Below, piece after piece: positions 1 to 8,244 of a stretch of 12,662 bases of DNA. Where the stretch lies: contig NJBH01000060.1 in assembly GCA_005223125.1 (NCBI GenBank), positions 1 through 12,662 on the forward strand. The letters run 5' to 3'. The number at the start of each line of letters is the position of its first letter. The stretch's first letter is position 1. The notes beneath the pieces are model-generated. The model saw nothing but the letters and a program-made list of their open reading frames with translations, searched no databases and had not been told where the DNA came from. The position numbers were made by a program, and so were the translations under genes. Source of the DNA: Promethearchaeota archaeon Loki_b32 (GTDB lineage: Archaea; Asgardarchaeota; Lokiarchaeia; Sigyniarchaeales; SOKP01).

Positions 1-336
1 CTCATCAACTATGATCTTACCATTTAAAATAGAAATAATATTTTGATCTTCAATATAGTTTACATGCCCTTTAGAAAATATGGTTGCTATTCTAGCGGCC
101 AAAGCTTTCATAGGGAATGGTTCATCTTCTAAACTCACGAATTTGTAGAAATTACTTCTAATGAAAAGTTTTGGAAATGATATATTCTTTTCATTTTTAG
201 CATTTAATAAAATTAAATTTGAATCTTCTGAAATTCCTTTTAATTGACCAACAAAGAACTTATCCTTGTCTAGATAAACCTTAACAATCTTATCAATTAA
301 TAATCCTAACTCTGTATTAAATTGTCTTAATGACAT
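1..336 (-). CDS. Sm/Lsm-family RNA-binding protein, SmAP3 type (3' end runs off the window)
   Basis: Not in the ORF track. My translation from ATG 336 is open to position 1: MSLRQFNTELGLLIDKIVKVYLDKDKFFVGQLKGISEDSNLILLNAKNEKNISFPKLFIRSNFYKFVSLEDEPFPMKALAARIATIFSKGHVNYIEDQNIISILNGKIIVDE. It shows the Sm1 pattern (V.V.L....F.G.L.G.....NLIL.NA), an Sm2-like LFIR, and a C-terminal extension resembling crenarchaeal SmAP3. Confidence 0.8.
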   Translation of the reverse strand, partial: MSLRQFNTELGLLIDKIVKVYLDKDKFFVGQLKGISEDSNLILLNAKNEKNISFPKLFIRSNFYKFVSLEDEPFPMKALAARIATIFSKGHVNYIEDQNIISILNGKIIVDE

Positions 337-400
337 GATCCATCAGAACTTACTTGTTTAATAATATAATTATGTTTTTTTGCTTTTATTCTTAATTTAA

Positions 401-1057
401 CTAATTTAAAATACAATTTATAAGTTTGGAGATATTTTCTCCGGTTGTAGCGCTAGTACTTAAAATTGTAAGATTTGGATTAATCTCTTTGGCATCTTGT
501 ATCATATCTTCAATATTGACATCTATAACATCTTTTAAATCGATTTTATTAATAACAGCAATATCAGAAAATTTGAATAACATTGGGTGCTTCCGAATCA
601 CCCAAGGACCTTCTGTTATTGATACAATTATGATCCTTTTCTCGGTTCCTAAAATAAAATCCGAGGGACAAATCAAATTTCCCACATTTTCTATGAAAAG
701 AACATCAACTTCATCTAAATCATAATTGTTTAAAACTTGGGAAATATGATATGAATTTAAGGCACATTCTCGACCAGTATTGACTTGTATTGTTTGAGCT
801 CCATATTTTTCAATTCTATCCGCATCTATTCTGGTGGCAACATCTCCATTAATAACTAAAATTCTATAATCATTTGTTATTCGTTCTACAACAGTTTCTA
901 TAATTGCCGTTTTTCCTGCACCAATTGCTCCAACAAAATCGAAAGCTCTTATATTCTTCTCTCTTAATAACTGATTGTTTTCTTCGGCTAATCTATCATT
1001 ATTTTCTGTTAAATCCTCATTTAACTCAATAATTCGAGAACTTCGTTTATCAGTCAT
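401..1057 (-). CDS. hypB: Hydrogenase nickel-incorporation GTPase HypB (G3E family)
   Basis: P-loop GAIGAGKT, GDVATRIDA, NTGREC, ENVGNLICP and NKID motifs. ATG 1057 (MTDKRSS) is preferred over the ORF-track start at 1117, whose first 20 codons look like intergenic sequence. Confidence 0.93.
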   Translation of the reverse strand: MTDKRSSRIIELNEDLTENNDRLAEENNQLLREKNIRAFDFVGAIGAGKTAIIETVVERITNDYRILVINGDVATRIDADRIEKYGAQTIQVNTGRECALNSYHISQVLNNYDLDEVDVLFIENVGNLICPSDFILGTEKRIIIVSITEGPWVIRKHPMLFKFSDIAVINKIDLKDVIDVNIEDMIQDAKEINPNLTILSTSATTGENISKLINCILN

Positions 1058-1162
1058 TGCAATAAATAAGAAATTAATTTGAAATGGTATAGGATATAAA
1101 AATAAGGTTTTATTCATACATATTTTTTACTAATTTTAATATAAAAGTAATGAGAATTACTT

Positions 1163-2131
1163 CTACTTACTAAAAACTCTATATCTATACACTATGTATG
1201 AACCAAGAATACCTCCTAATTCTGGAAGATAGAAGAGAAAATATAAAAGACTAATAGTTAAACCATACATTAAACCAAAAAATACCCTTATAAAGATGAT
1301 ACAGAATAAAAATGATTTTCCCGTCATTCTAACTCGAACAAGTGTTAAATATGCTGAAGTTTCTCGCTTCATACTTGGGAAAATTGTAAATGTAATTAAT
1401 CCATAAATCCCACCCCATAGTAATCCTACTCCATCAGCAAATTCATTATTTACAATAGGATAATATGCAAGTAAAGCAAGTCTAAGAAGAATGTAAATAA
1501 TGACTGAAAAAAAGCCAGAAATTAAAAATAGTTTAGCTATAAATTTCTTACCCATGCCCATTTCAAGAAATCTAGACATTTTATATGTGAAATATAGCAT
1601 AAAAAAAAGGAGCATCATCGAAAAAAAGAAAAATGGGTCGTAAGGGTTATAATAGGTAATAAAAAGAGATGTTATAAATGTATAAAAAGTAAATTTTGTC
1701 ACAATTGCATTTAAACTTAAATATAAATATTCTCCAACCCCAAAATAAGTAAGAATTATTGATAATATTGATAAAGAAATAATTATAAACATTAAAATAT
1801 CAGAAACCCTATATTTTCTAACATTATCTGAATATCCTCGCATTTGTCTTAATGATTTTGTTCTCTGTTTTTCTTGTCTTCTTAAATACTTCTTTAGAGT
1901 TCTGGGCCCTTTATCTAAATAAAAACGTGATTCTACCTTCTTTAATGATTCTCTTTGATATTTTTTTCGTCCCTCTCTTGGACTAGTAGGAACGACTGGT
2001 ACATGCTTTAACTCAAATGTACACTCATGATTTTCGGGTAATCGATGCTTTTTACAAAATGTTCCTCCACAATATTTACAGGTAAATGGTAAATAACTAA
2101 TTTGATTACCACAAAATTCACAATATGTCAG
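1163..2131 (-). CDS. AN1-type zinc finger fused to a rhomboid-like multi-pass membrane domain, probably catalytically inactive; predicted CTG start, 322 aa
   Basis: The frame of ORF 1163..1843 stays open for 96 more codons upstream and encodes (M)[36 protein letters not shown], an AN1 finger, followed by a basic linker. The membrane part has rhomboid-like spacing (FITSLF ... LEMGMGKKF ... FLISG ... GLLWGGIYG ... ELGGILG). Confidence 0.8.
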   Translation of the reverse strand: MTYCEFCGNQISYLPFTCKYCGGTFCKKHRLPENHECTFELKHVPVVPTSPREGRKKYQRESLKKVESRFYLDKGPRTLKKYLRRQEKQRTKSLRQMRGYSDNVRKYRVSDILMFIIISLSILSIILTYFGVGEYLYLSLNAIVTKFTFYTFITSLFITYYNPYDPFFFFSMMLLFFMLYFTYKMSRFLEMGMGKKFIAKLFLISGFFSVIIYILLRLALLAYYPIVNNEFADGVGLLWGGIYGLITFTIFPSMKRETSAYLTLVRVRMTGKSFLFCIIFIRVFFGLMYGLTISLLYFLFYLPELGGILGSYIVYRYRVFSK

Positions 2132-2325
2132 TCCTATTCACCAAGAAGCAATATTTATTTCAATATCCTCATCATAGAATTTAAAAGTATAATAATGAAT
2201 AATTATAATCCTTGATAATTTTTACTTTTTATTTTTTTACTTTTCTTTTCCCTAATCTTAATAATTTTAGAATACAGTATCTAAATAAAAAAGGATCTCT
2301 AATGAATTAATTTTATCTACCGCGA

Positions 2326-3315
2326 TTATGAAATATATGGGTTAGTAGCAATTGGAGCATAAACCAGTGCATATGTTATTATTAGAAGTATTAGTAATGA
2401 ACCCGCCAGTGCGATATATATTTTTTTATTCCATTTCCAAATATTTTGCCCGTCTAAGATTCCAATGGGAATCATATTAAATGTTCCTAGCATGAAATTT
2501 AAACTCGCTGCTACTCCTATTAACTGGTTGAGTGGATAAGTTGGGATTATGAAGGAGATTATGAAAAGGATAGTACCATAAACAAGATTAACTATAGGTC
2601 CCGCTGCTTTACACAAACCTGTAGTTCTATCTATTTTACTTAGCCCTAAAACAACAACAGCCCCCGGAAGAGCTAATGATGGAAAACCTAATCCCCCTGA
2701 GATTAAGGAATATAAACCAAACACTAGACCGGAAACTGTTAATATCATTCCAAAAGTTAATAATCTAAATTTTGTTTGAAGTCCAAAATGTAATGCTACT
2801 TGCCTATGCCCAAATTCGTGAAAGAGAAAAGCTGTAGCATAAAAAACTGCCAACATGAATATTGCCCATTCATATCCCGTATTAATTAAATTAGGATAAA
2901 ATGTTAAAATTCCAATAATAAATATCAGAGATACACCTATTATAAAATGAAATAATTCTGATTTATGAGGTAATAAAATTCCTTTAAACTTGATTCCTGA
3001 ATCGGGATCAAATGCATCTACCGGGATTTGACTTTCTTGGCGATACCAGGTATATGTTCCATCTGTAGTCCCTCGAACTGGTCCTGTAGTAGCTGGCTGT
3101 TGATGTAATTGTTCTTGAGAAATGGGGGCTACTTGAGGGGACTGACTAAAAGTTTGAGTTGTTGTTGAAGTTTGCTGGAAACTAGTAGAATCTCTTACAA
3201 CACTACAATCGTGATTTTCTGGTTCTTTATGTCGTAGACAATAATTATATCCACATCCACTACAAAAAAAGGGATCTCCTATTATTTCATCCCCACAATG
3301 AGCACAGTTTGCCAT
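2326..3315 (-). CDS. AN1-type zinc finger fused to an M50 (site-2 protease) intramembrane Zn metalloprotease
   Basis: N-terminal CAHC..PFFCSGCGYNYCLRHKEPENHDC, a Q/T-rich linker, then the M50 motifs HEFGH, AAGPIVNL and FNMIPIGILDG. A GAGGT Shine-Dalgarno-like sequence lies upstream. Confidence 0.9.
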   Translation of the reverse strand: MANCAHCGDEIIGDPFFCSGCGYNYCLRHKEPENHDCSVVRDSTSFQQTSTTTQTFSQSPQVAPISQEQLHQQPATTGPVRGTTDGTYTWYRQESQIPVDAFDPDSGIKFKGILLPHKSELFHFIIGVSLIFIIGILTFYPNLINTGYEWAIFMLAVFYATAFLFHEFGHRQVALHFGLQTKFRLLTFGMILTVSGLVFGLYSLISGGLGFPSLALPGAVVVLGLSKIDRTTGLCKAAGPIVNLVYGTILFIISFIIPTYPLNQLIGVAASLNFMLGTFNMIPIGILDGQNIWKWNKKIYIALAGSLLILLIITYALVYAPIATNPYIS

Positions 3316-3529
3316 TATTTCTACCTCATTTAATTTAATTATATCAAAGAATTATTTTTTAATAAATTATAAAATTAAAGATTTAAAATTTTATTGAGAA
3401 TTCTATTGATTATTAAATCTTTAGTTCTTTATTTTTCTTTTCTAATACTTATTAATAAAAAATTAAGTAAAGTATATTAAGCCAAAGTATACTAGTTAAA
3501 TAGTGTTAAAGACTTTATAGGTCATTGTT

Positions 3530-3691
3530 ATGAGTGAAGATGAAAATGAAGATGAGATGTCTTTAGATGAGGAGCGTAAGAAATTAAAAGACATGGGAGT
3601 CAATAGTACATGGGATCTTTTAACAAATGGGGAAAAGAAAAAGAAAAAGTCCGAAGACAAAGATAAACCAGCTTTTAGAGGATTTAATTAA
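3530..3691 (+). CDS. Small highly charged hypothetical protein, 53 aa
   Basis: Below the ORF-track cutoff. ATG 3530 to TAA 3691 gives MSEDENEDEMSLDEERKKLKDMGVNSTWDLLTNGEKKKKKSEDKDKPAFRGFN. Purine-rich, coding-like composition within an otherwise very AT-rich spacer. Confidence 0.7.
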   Translation: MSEDENEDEMSLDEERKKLKDMGVNSTWDLLTNGEKKKKKSEDKDKPAFRGFN

Positions 3692-3789
3692 TTTCTGTTA
3701 TAATTTCTTATTATTTATAGATGAGATAGCAATATTTCATTTACTCTCAAAAATATAATTACTATATAATAATACAATTTGATGTTGTT

Positions 3790-5352
3790 TTGTCTACTCC
3801 TGTTTCAATTCATGATGGGCCTTTTACCACGAATACATTAGCCTCAAAAAAATTTCTGATTTTGTACATTACTATCATCTGGGGCTCGATACTACCATCA
3901 TTATTAGAATTTTACGTATTTTTAAAACTAATTGAATTTAATTTCTACCTCTTCATTTTACTATTACCATTTCAAATTTATATTGGATATATAATTACAG
4001 TGTTCAGTTCTATTTTAGTAGCAAAAATCTTTCTAATAATAATCAATCGCGTTCATAAACCTAAGGAGGGGGTCTTCAAGAGGATCGAAAGTGATAAAGA
4101 TTATTATTTTTGGAGTTTAAGAGCAGTAATAAAAAAATGGCCAATATGGATTTCTAAATTTATACCATTACCAATAATCGATAAATTAAATGTAAGGTGG
4201 TTTGATAATGATTCGGAATTTATTGACTATGGGAAAAATGTCTATATTGGTAAAGGAAGTTCTATAAAAGCAAGTATGATTTTTAGAGAATTTCTAATTA
4301 TTAAGAAAGTAAAAATAGAAGATAATGTAACGATTGGTTCAAATTCCTTTATTGCCCCAGGAACTCATATATGTAAGAATACCATTATGGGAACAATGTC
4401 ATTGGCGAAATTTAATCAAACAATAAAAATAGATTCTGATTTTAAAATGCATTCCATTGATTCAAATCAAGGATTAAAATATGTTTTTTCAAAAGTTATT
4501 AACATTAATGGTAATATACTACCAGAGAAATCAAAAGCAGAGAAGTTTGTCAAGAACTTAAATTTCAATTTATTTACCTTTGGAGTATTATATTTCTTTT
4601 CAAATGTGATTCCAATTCTAGGATCTATTTATTATATAAACACATTTTTTTTTCCTTTTTATTTACAAAGTTCCAATTTTTTTTCTATTTTCTTAAATAT
4701 TAACTCTCTCGTAATTTTTCTAATGACTCCTTTGTTTTTCATCATCTTATATATAATAAATTTACTTCTAGTAATCTTTTTCACTAAGCTTCTCTATCGG
4801 TTGATTTTGTATTTAAACCCAACGAAAGAAGGAGTATTTCACTGGGAAAATAAAAATAAAGATTTTAAATATTATTTCAAACGCTCATTCATATTGAGAT
4901 ATGTGAAATGGAAAATACAAAAAAGCCCCTTTCCATGGTTAATAAAATTTGCTTTTAATTTTATAGGGAATTGCCAAATTGGAACAAATACAGTAATAGA
5001 AGATTCTTATTTAGCAAAAGAACTAATGAAAGTAGGAAATAACACCTACTTAGGAAAATCTTTATTAGCAAATCATTTATGGGATAAAAATTTGATAGTA
5101 AAAAAGATTACTATAGGAGATAATGTGACAATCTCAGATAATTGTTGTATTTCTCCAGGTACAGAAATCCAGGAAAATGTGTCTTTATTACCGTTATCAG
5201 TAACTACTAAAAATGATAAATTGTCAGCCGATTCAATTTATTATAATGCCCCATTAACAAAAATTACAAAACAGGAATTAATTGATGTGTTTAATTTAGA
5301 TATTCATGATTTATTTCTCAATAATATCAAATCTATAAATAATAAAACTTAA
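3790..5352 (+). CDS. Membrane protein with two tandem [2 TM + hexapeptide-repeat left-handed beta-helix] modules; acyltransferase-like
   Basis: Two internal copies of TM-TM-(P/T)KEGVF..KD(Y/F)..R..K..P(L/F)P, each followed by hexapeptide repeats (VKIEDNVTIGSNSFIAPGTHI; ITIGDNVTISDNCCISPGTEI). TTG start. Confidence 0.8.
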   Translation: MSTPVSIHDGPFTTNTLASKKFLILYITIIWGSILPSLLEFYVFLKLIEFNFYLFILLLPFQIYIGYIITVFSSILVAKIFLIIINRVHKPKEGVFKRIESDKDYYFWSLRAVIKKWPIWISKFIPLPIIDKLNVRWFDNDSEFIDYGKNVYIGKGSSIKASMIFREFLIIKKVKIEDNVTIGSNSFIAPGTHICKNTIMGTMSLAKFNQTIKIDSDFKMHSIDSNQGLKYVFSKVININGNILPEKSKAEKFVKNLNFNLFTFGVLYFFSNVIPILGSIYYINTFFFPFYLQSSNFFSIFLNINSLVIFLMTPLFFIILYIINLLLVIFFTKLLYRLILYLNPTKEGVFHWENKNKDFKYYFKRSFILRYVKWKIQKSPFPWLIKFAFNFIGNCQIGTNTVIEDSYLAKELMKVGNNTYLGKSLLANHLWDKNLIVKKITIGDNVTISDNCCISPGTEIQENVSLLPLSVTTKNDKLSADSIYYNAPLTKITKQELIDVFNLDIHDLFLNNIKSINNKT

Positions 5353-5477
5353 GGTCGATTTTTATACCAAAAATAAATTCCTTAATAAAAACTGACAATC
5401 TGTTAAAAGAAAATAGATTTTATTGGTTATATCCAATCTTAATTTGGCTCTCCTTTTTCCCAACTAGCCTAGTTTTT

Positions 5478-6116
5478 ATGTTCTTCTTCAATCTTTTTTC
5501 CTACTGGATTGATCCTATAATAATTGTATGTTTTCTACCAATCTCACTTGTTATTTACTATTTAAATTTTATTTATTTTCTTCTACTGTTCGGTAAATTA
5601 ATTTTAATTCTTACTAATTTGATCCATCAACCAAAAGAAGGAATCTTTCAGCGATCTTCGAAAGATAAAGATTTTTTATTCTATTTACTAAGAAGAAATT
5701 TGAAATCATTTGTTTTAAGAATTTTTAACTACTTTCCTTTACCCTGGGCAAAAATTTTAGCACTAAAACTTTTCAATATAAAAATTCCATATAAAACGGG
5801 TGTATTAGACAGTTTTATTGATTCAGATTTTATTGAAATAGGTAATAATACTATACTTGGTGAAGGCTCGATTATTATGAGTTCAATGGTTTTAGGAGAT
5901 TTTCTGTTAATAAAAAAGGTAATTTTAAAAGATGGGTGCACAATCGGTGCTTTTAGTGTAATTGCTCCCGGAACGATCGTAGAAGAAGGAGTCATTTTAG
6001 GAATGGGAAGCTTTACCAAAATAAATCAACGTTTAGAGAAGGGTTTCATACATTTTGGTCGGCCTGCGAAAAAATGGAAAAAAACCGGAGATAATTTTAT
6101 ATTAACTAAAAAATAA
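5478..6116 (+). CDS. Membrane-anchored hexapeptide-repeat (LbH) acyltransferase-like protein, single-module paralog of the upstream gene; true start probably further upstream
   Basis: HQPKEGIFQRSSKDKDF, FPLPW, IEIGNNTILGEGS, VILKDGCTIGAFSVIAPGTIVEEGVILG and a terminal GRPAK. The frame is open back to 5346 and encodes a further TM segment homologous to the paralog. Confidence 0.8.
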   Translation: MFFFNLFSYWIDPIIIVCFLPISLVIYYLNFIYFLLLFGKLILILTNLIHQPKEGIFQRSSKDKDFLFYLLRRNLKSFVLRIFNYFPLPWAKILALKLFNIKIPYKTGVLDSFIDSDFIEIGNNTILGEGSIIMSSMVLGDFLLIKKVILKDGCTIGAFSVIAPGTIVEEGVILGMGSFTKINQRLEKGFIHFGRPAKKWKKTGDNFILTKK

Positions 6117-6172
6117 TTATAGTGCAAAGAACTAAATTTAAATATTAACAAAAGATTTAGGGAAAATCAAAA

Positions 6173-6439
6173 ATGATTCATAAGGTATATTGCCCTACCT
6201 GTGAAGAAATTGTCACACTTCGTCGAAAAAATTTCGATCATGTATATCATGAAGTTTTATGTTTTATGGTAATTTTAACTTTAGGTTTGGGCTTTATAAT
6301 ATACTTTATTTTAAAATACAGCAAGAAACCAAATACATGCCCAAATTGTGAATCTGTGTTTGATTTAAAGAATCTGCCCACAAAAATGATTAATATCAAT
6401 CAACCTTATGGGCATAGTAGTACATTTACCCTGCCTTAG
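6173..6439 (+). CDS. Small membrane-associated zinc-ribbon protein with LITAF-like architecture
   Basis: CPTC and CPNC knuckles flank one hydrophobic segment (VLCFMVILTLGLGFIIYFIL). Confidence 0.7.
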   Translation: MIHKVYCPTCEEIVTLRRKNFDHVYHEVLCFMVILTLGLGFIIYFILKYSKKPNTCPNCESVFDLKNLPTKMININQPYGHSSTFTLP

Positions 6440-6692
6440 CTTTCATAGTTTTATTGCATCTAGGACAAGTTTTATCCTCGTCAGTAAGTACTTTTTTCCT
6501 TATTGTTTTTTGATATTTACATTTTGCGTTTGGACACACAAGAGTATATCTTGTTAACTGAATTGATGGTTTTTTAAGAAGTTCCTTTTGTATGTCTTCA
6601 CCTTTACTTTTTTTGGCTTGAATGGGTGATGGTTTTTTTTTCTGTGATTTTTTTAATTCATCTTCTGACTTGAGCCATTTATCTAAACCCAT
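6426..6692 (-). CDS. Small basic protein with a C-terminal zinc ribbon
   Basis: Lys-rich N-terminal half, then CPNAKC ... CPRC. Overlaps the convergent gene by 14 nt. Confidence 0.7.
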   Translation of the reverse strand: MGLDKWLKSEDELKKSQKKKPSPIQAKKSKGEDIQKELLKKPSIQLTRYTLVCPNAKCKYQKTIRKKVLTDEDKTCPRCNKTMKAKAG

Positions 6693-6761
6693 AAGAACTC
6701 ACTATGTAAATTTCATGTTTTTTAAAGACTTTAAATATTTGCTTCGTAAAATGCTTCTAAT

Positions 6762-6788
6762 AAATAAAAAAAGAGAAAAAAATAAAAA
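6762..6788 (-). terminator. Probable archaeal oligo-U terminator of mat
   Basis: The minus strand has consecutive T tracts starting about 20 nt after the mat stop codon at 6811. Confidence 0.4.
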
Positions 6789-6810
6789 TTTGTTTATCCA
6801 TAATGATTTA

Positions 6811-8055
6811 TTAAAAGACTTGTACTTTACCTGCAATAAGTCTCTTTCTTAAATCAATGAAGTTTTCCTTACTAAGTCTTTCAGTTAAAACTTCTTCTGC
6901 TATTTTCTTTACTGAATCAAAGTTCACATTATCAGCAGGAATCAATTCTATAGACGAGATCCACGGATCTGTAATTGGTCTTCCTATTTGAGATAATAGT
7001 TTAACATGGGCTTCTATTATATCTCCTTGACCTCTTTTGATGATCTCTCTTGCCATTTCTGTACTTAAAACGTTATATAATTTTCCTACATGGTTTATTG
7101 GATTCTTTCCGCAAACAGCCTCTAAACTCATAGTTCTACAAGGAGTAATAAGTCCATTAGATCTATTACCACGCCCTACTCCTCCATCATCACCTGCTTC
7201 AGCAGATGTGCCAGTAATGGTCAAATACACAATTCCATTTTCTAAATTGTCAGCTACATTTACTTGGCATGATACATCGCGTTCTGGGATGATATCTGCT
7301 GCCAAATCCAAAACTGCTTCTTTGATTTGATTTGTATAACTTACATATTCACTAACGTCATTGATATATTTACTAACCATTGCTGCTGCGACAGTAATTC
7401 CCACTTCATTTCCAATTCTTTCCACCATAACCTTAATATCTTCCCCTGAAGCTTTACACTTGTCTTTGAATTTGTTCGAATTAATCAACATCTCTGCTTC
7501 TAAAGCAATTTTCTCAACATCTGAATAAGGAGCATATCCTACACCAAAACTTGTGTCATTAGCAAGTGGAACTTCTTCAGTATGATGAGATTGATCAAAA
7601 ACTCCAGTCAAATCTATTGATCCCGGTCGAACCGCATAATCAAACTGAATATCTCTGTTTAAATCAAGATTTCTAAAAATATCAGCAAGTACTTTACGTT
7701 GAGTCTCTATACAAATAGTTGGAATTGGAATATATTCGAGTTTATTTGTACCATCCCCACATTCTGTAAGAATTTGATTTATGGCCCGCCCAACAATCAA
7801 AAAGTATTGTGGTTGGATGATCAGACCACCCCCATATTCTGGTCTCGCTGTACCCCCAACGAGAGCAGCCTTATCAACATTATGATGATATATTCGGCCG
7901 AAATTCTCAAGATAATAAACGCATAAGGCTCTGGAGCACGCATCAGCAACAGCATCGCAAACAGTGTCAGGATGTCCAATACCTTTCCTTTCAACGAGTT
8001 CTGGGAATTCACTTTTTTCAATAGGTAAAAAGTTAGCACGAGTTATTTTCAACAT
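6811..8055 (-). CDS. mat: Archaeal-type S-adenosylmethionine synthetase (methionine adenosyltransferase)
   Basis: Signature motifs [55 protein letters not shown] and [13 protein letters not shown]. Confidence 0.97.
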   Translation of the reverse strand: MLKITRANFLPIEKSEFPELVERKGIGHPDTVCDAVADACSRALCVYYLENFGRIYHHNVDKAALVGGTARPEYGGGLIIQPQYFLIVGRAINQILTECGDGTNKLEYIPIPTICIETQRKVLADIFRNLDLNRDIQFDYAVRPGSIDLTGVFDQSHHTEEVPLANDTSFGVGYAPYSDVEKIALEAEMLINSNKFKDKCKASGEDIKVMVERIGNEVGITVAAAMVSKYINDVSEYVSYTNQIKEAVLDLAADIIPERDVSCQVNVADNLENGIVYLTITGTSAEAGDDGGVGRGNRSNGLITPCRTMSLEAVCGKNPINHVGKLYNVLSTEMAREIIKRGQGDIIEAHVKLLSQIGRPITDPWISSIELIPADNVNFDSVKKIAEEVLTERLSKENFIDLRKRLIAGKVQVF

Positions 8056-8168
8056 TTCATTTAACCAACTTCTTAATGATATAAATAGTTCTTTTAAATA
8101 TATTTTTAAATTAATTATCAGTTAAATTCCTTATTAAATGAAAAATATAGTCAATACATTTTTTTATG

Positions 8169-8227
8169 GGTTATAATTCATAACCTTTATAAATATTTTG
8201 TTCTTATAATATGCATAAGAAGCATAT
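8169..8227. promoter_or_regulatory. Divergent promoter region: TATA box flanked by inverted repeats (candidate operators)
   Basis: TTTATAAA at 8186-8193. GGTTAT-N5-ATAACC at 8169-8185, TTCTTAT-N7-ATAAGAA at 8201-8221 and ATATGC-N7-GCATAT at 8209-8227. Confidence 0.45.
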
Positions 8228-8244
8228 AACATTTTTATTAAATT

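Noticed and set aside
2215-2260. T-tract low-complexity stretch as a terminator or repeat array
   Set aside because: It is on the wrong strand to terminate the flanking minus-strand genes and has no regular repeat unit. I saw no CRISPR-like periodicity here or elsewhere in the window.
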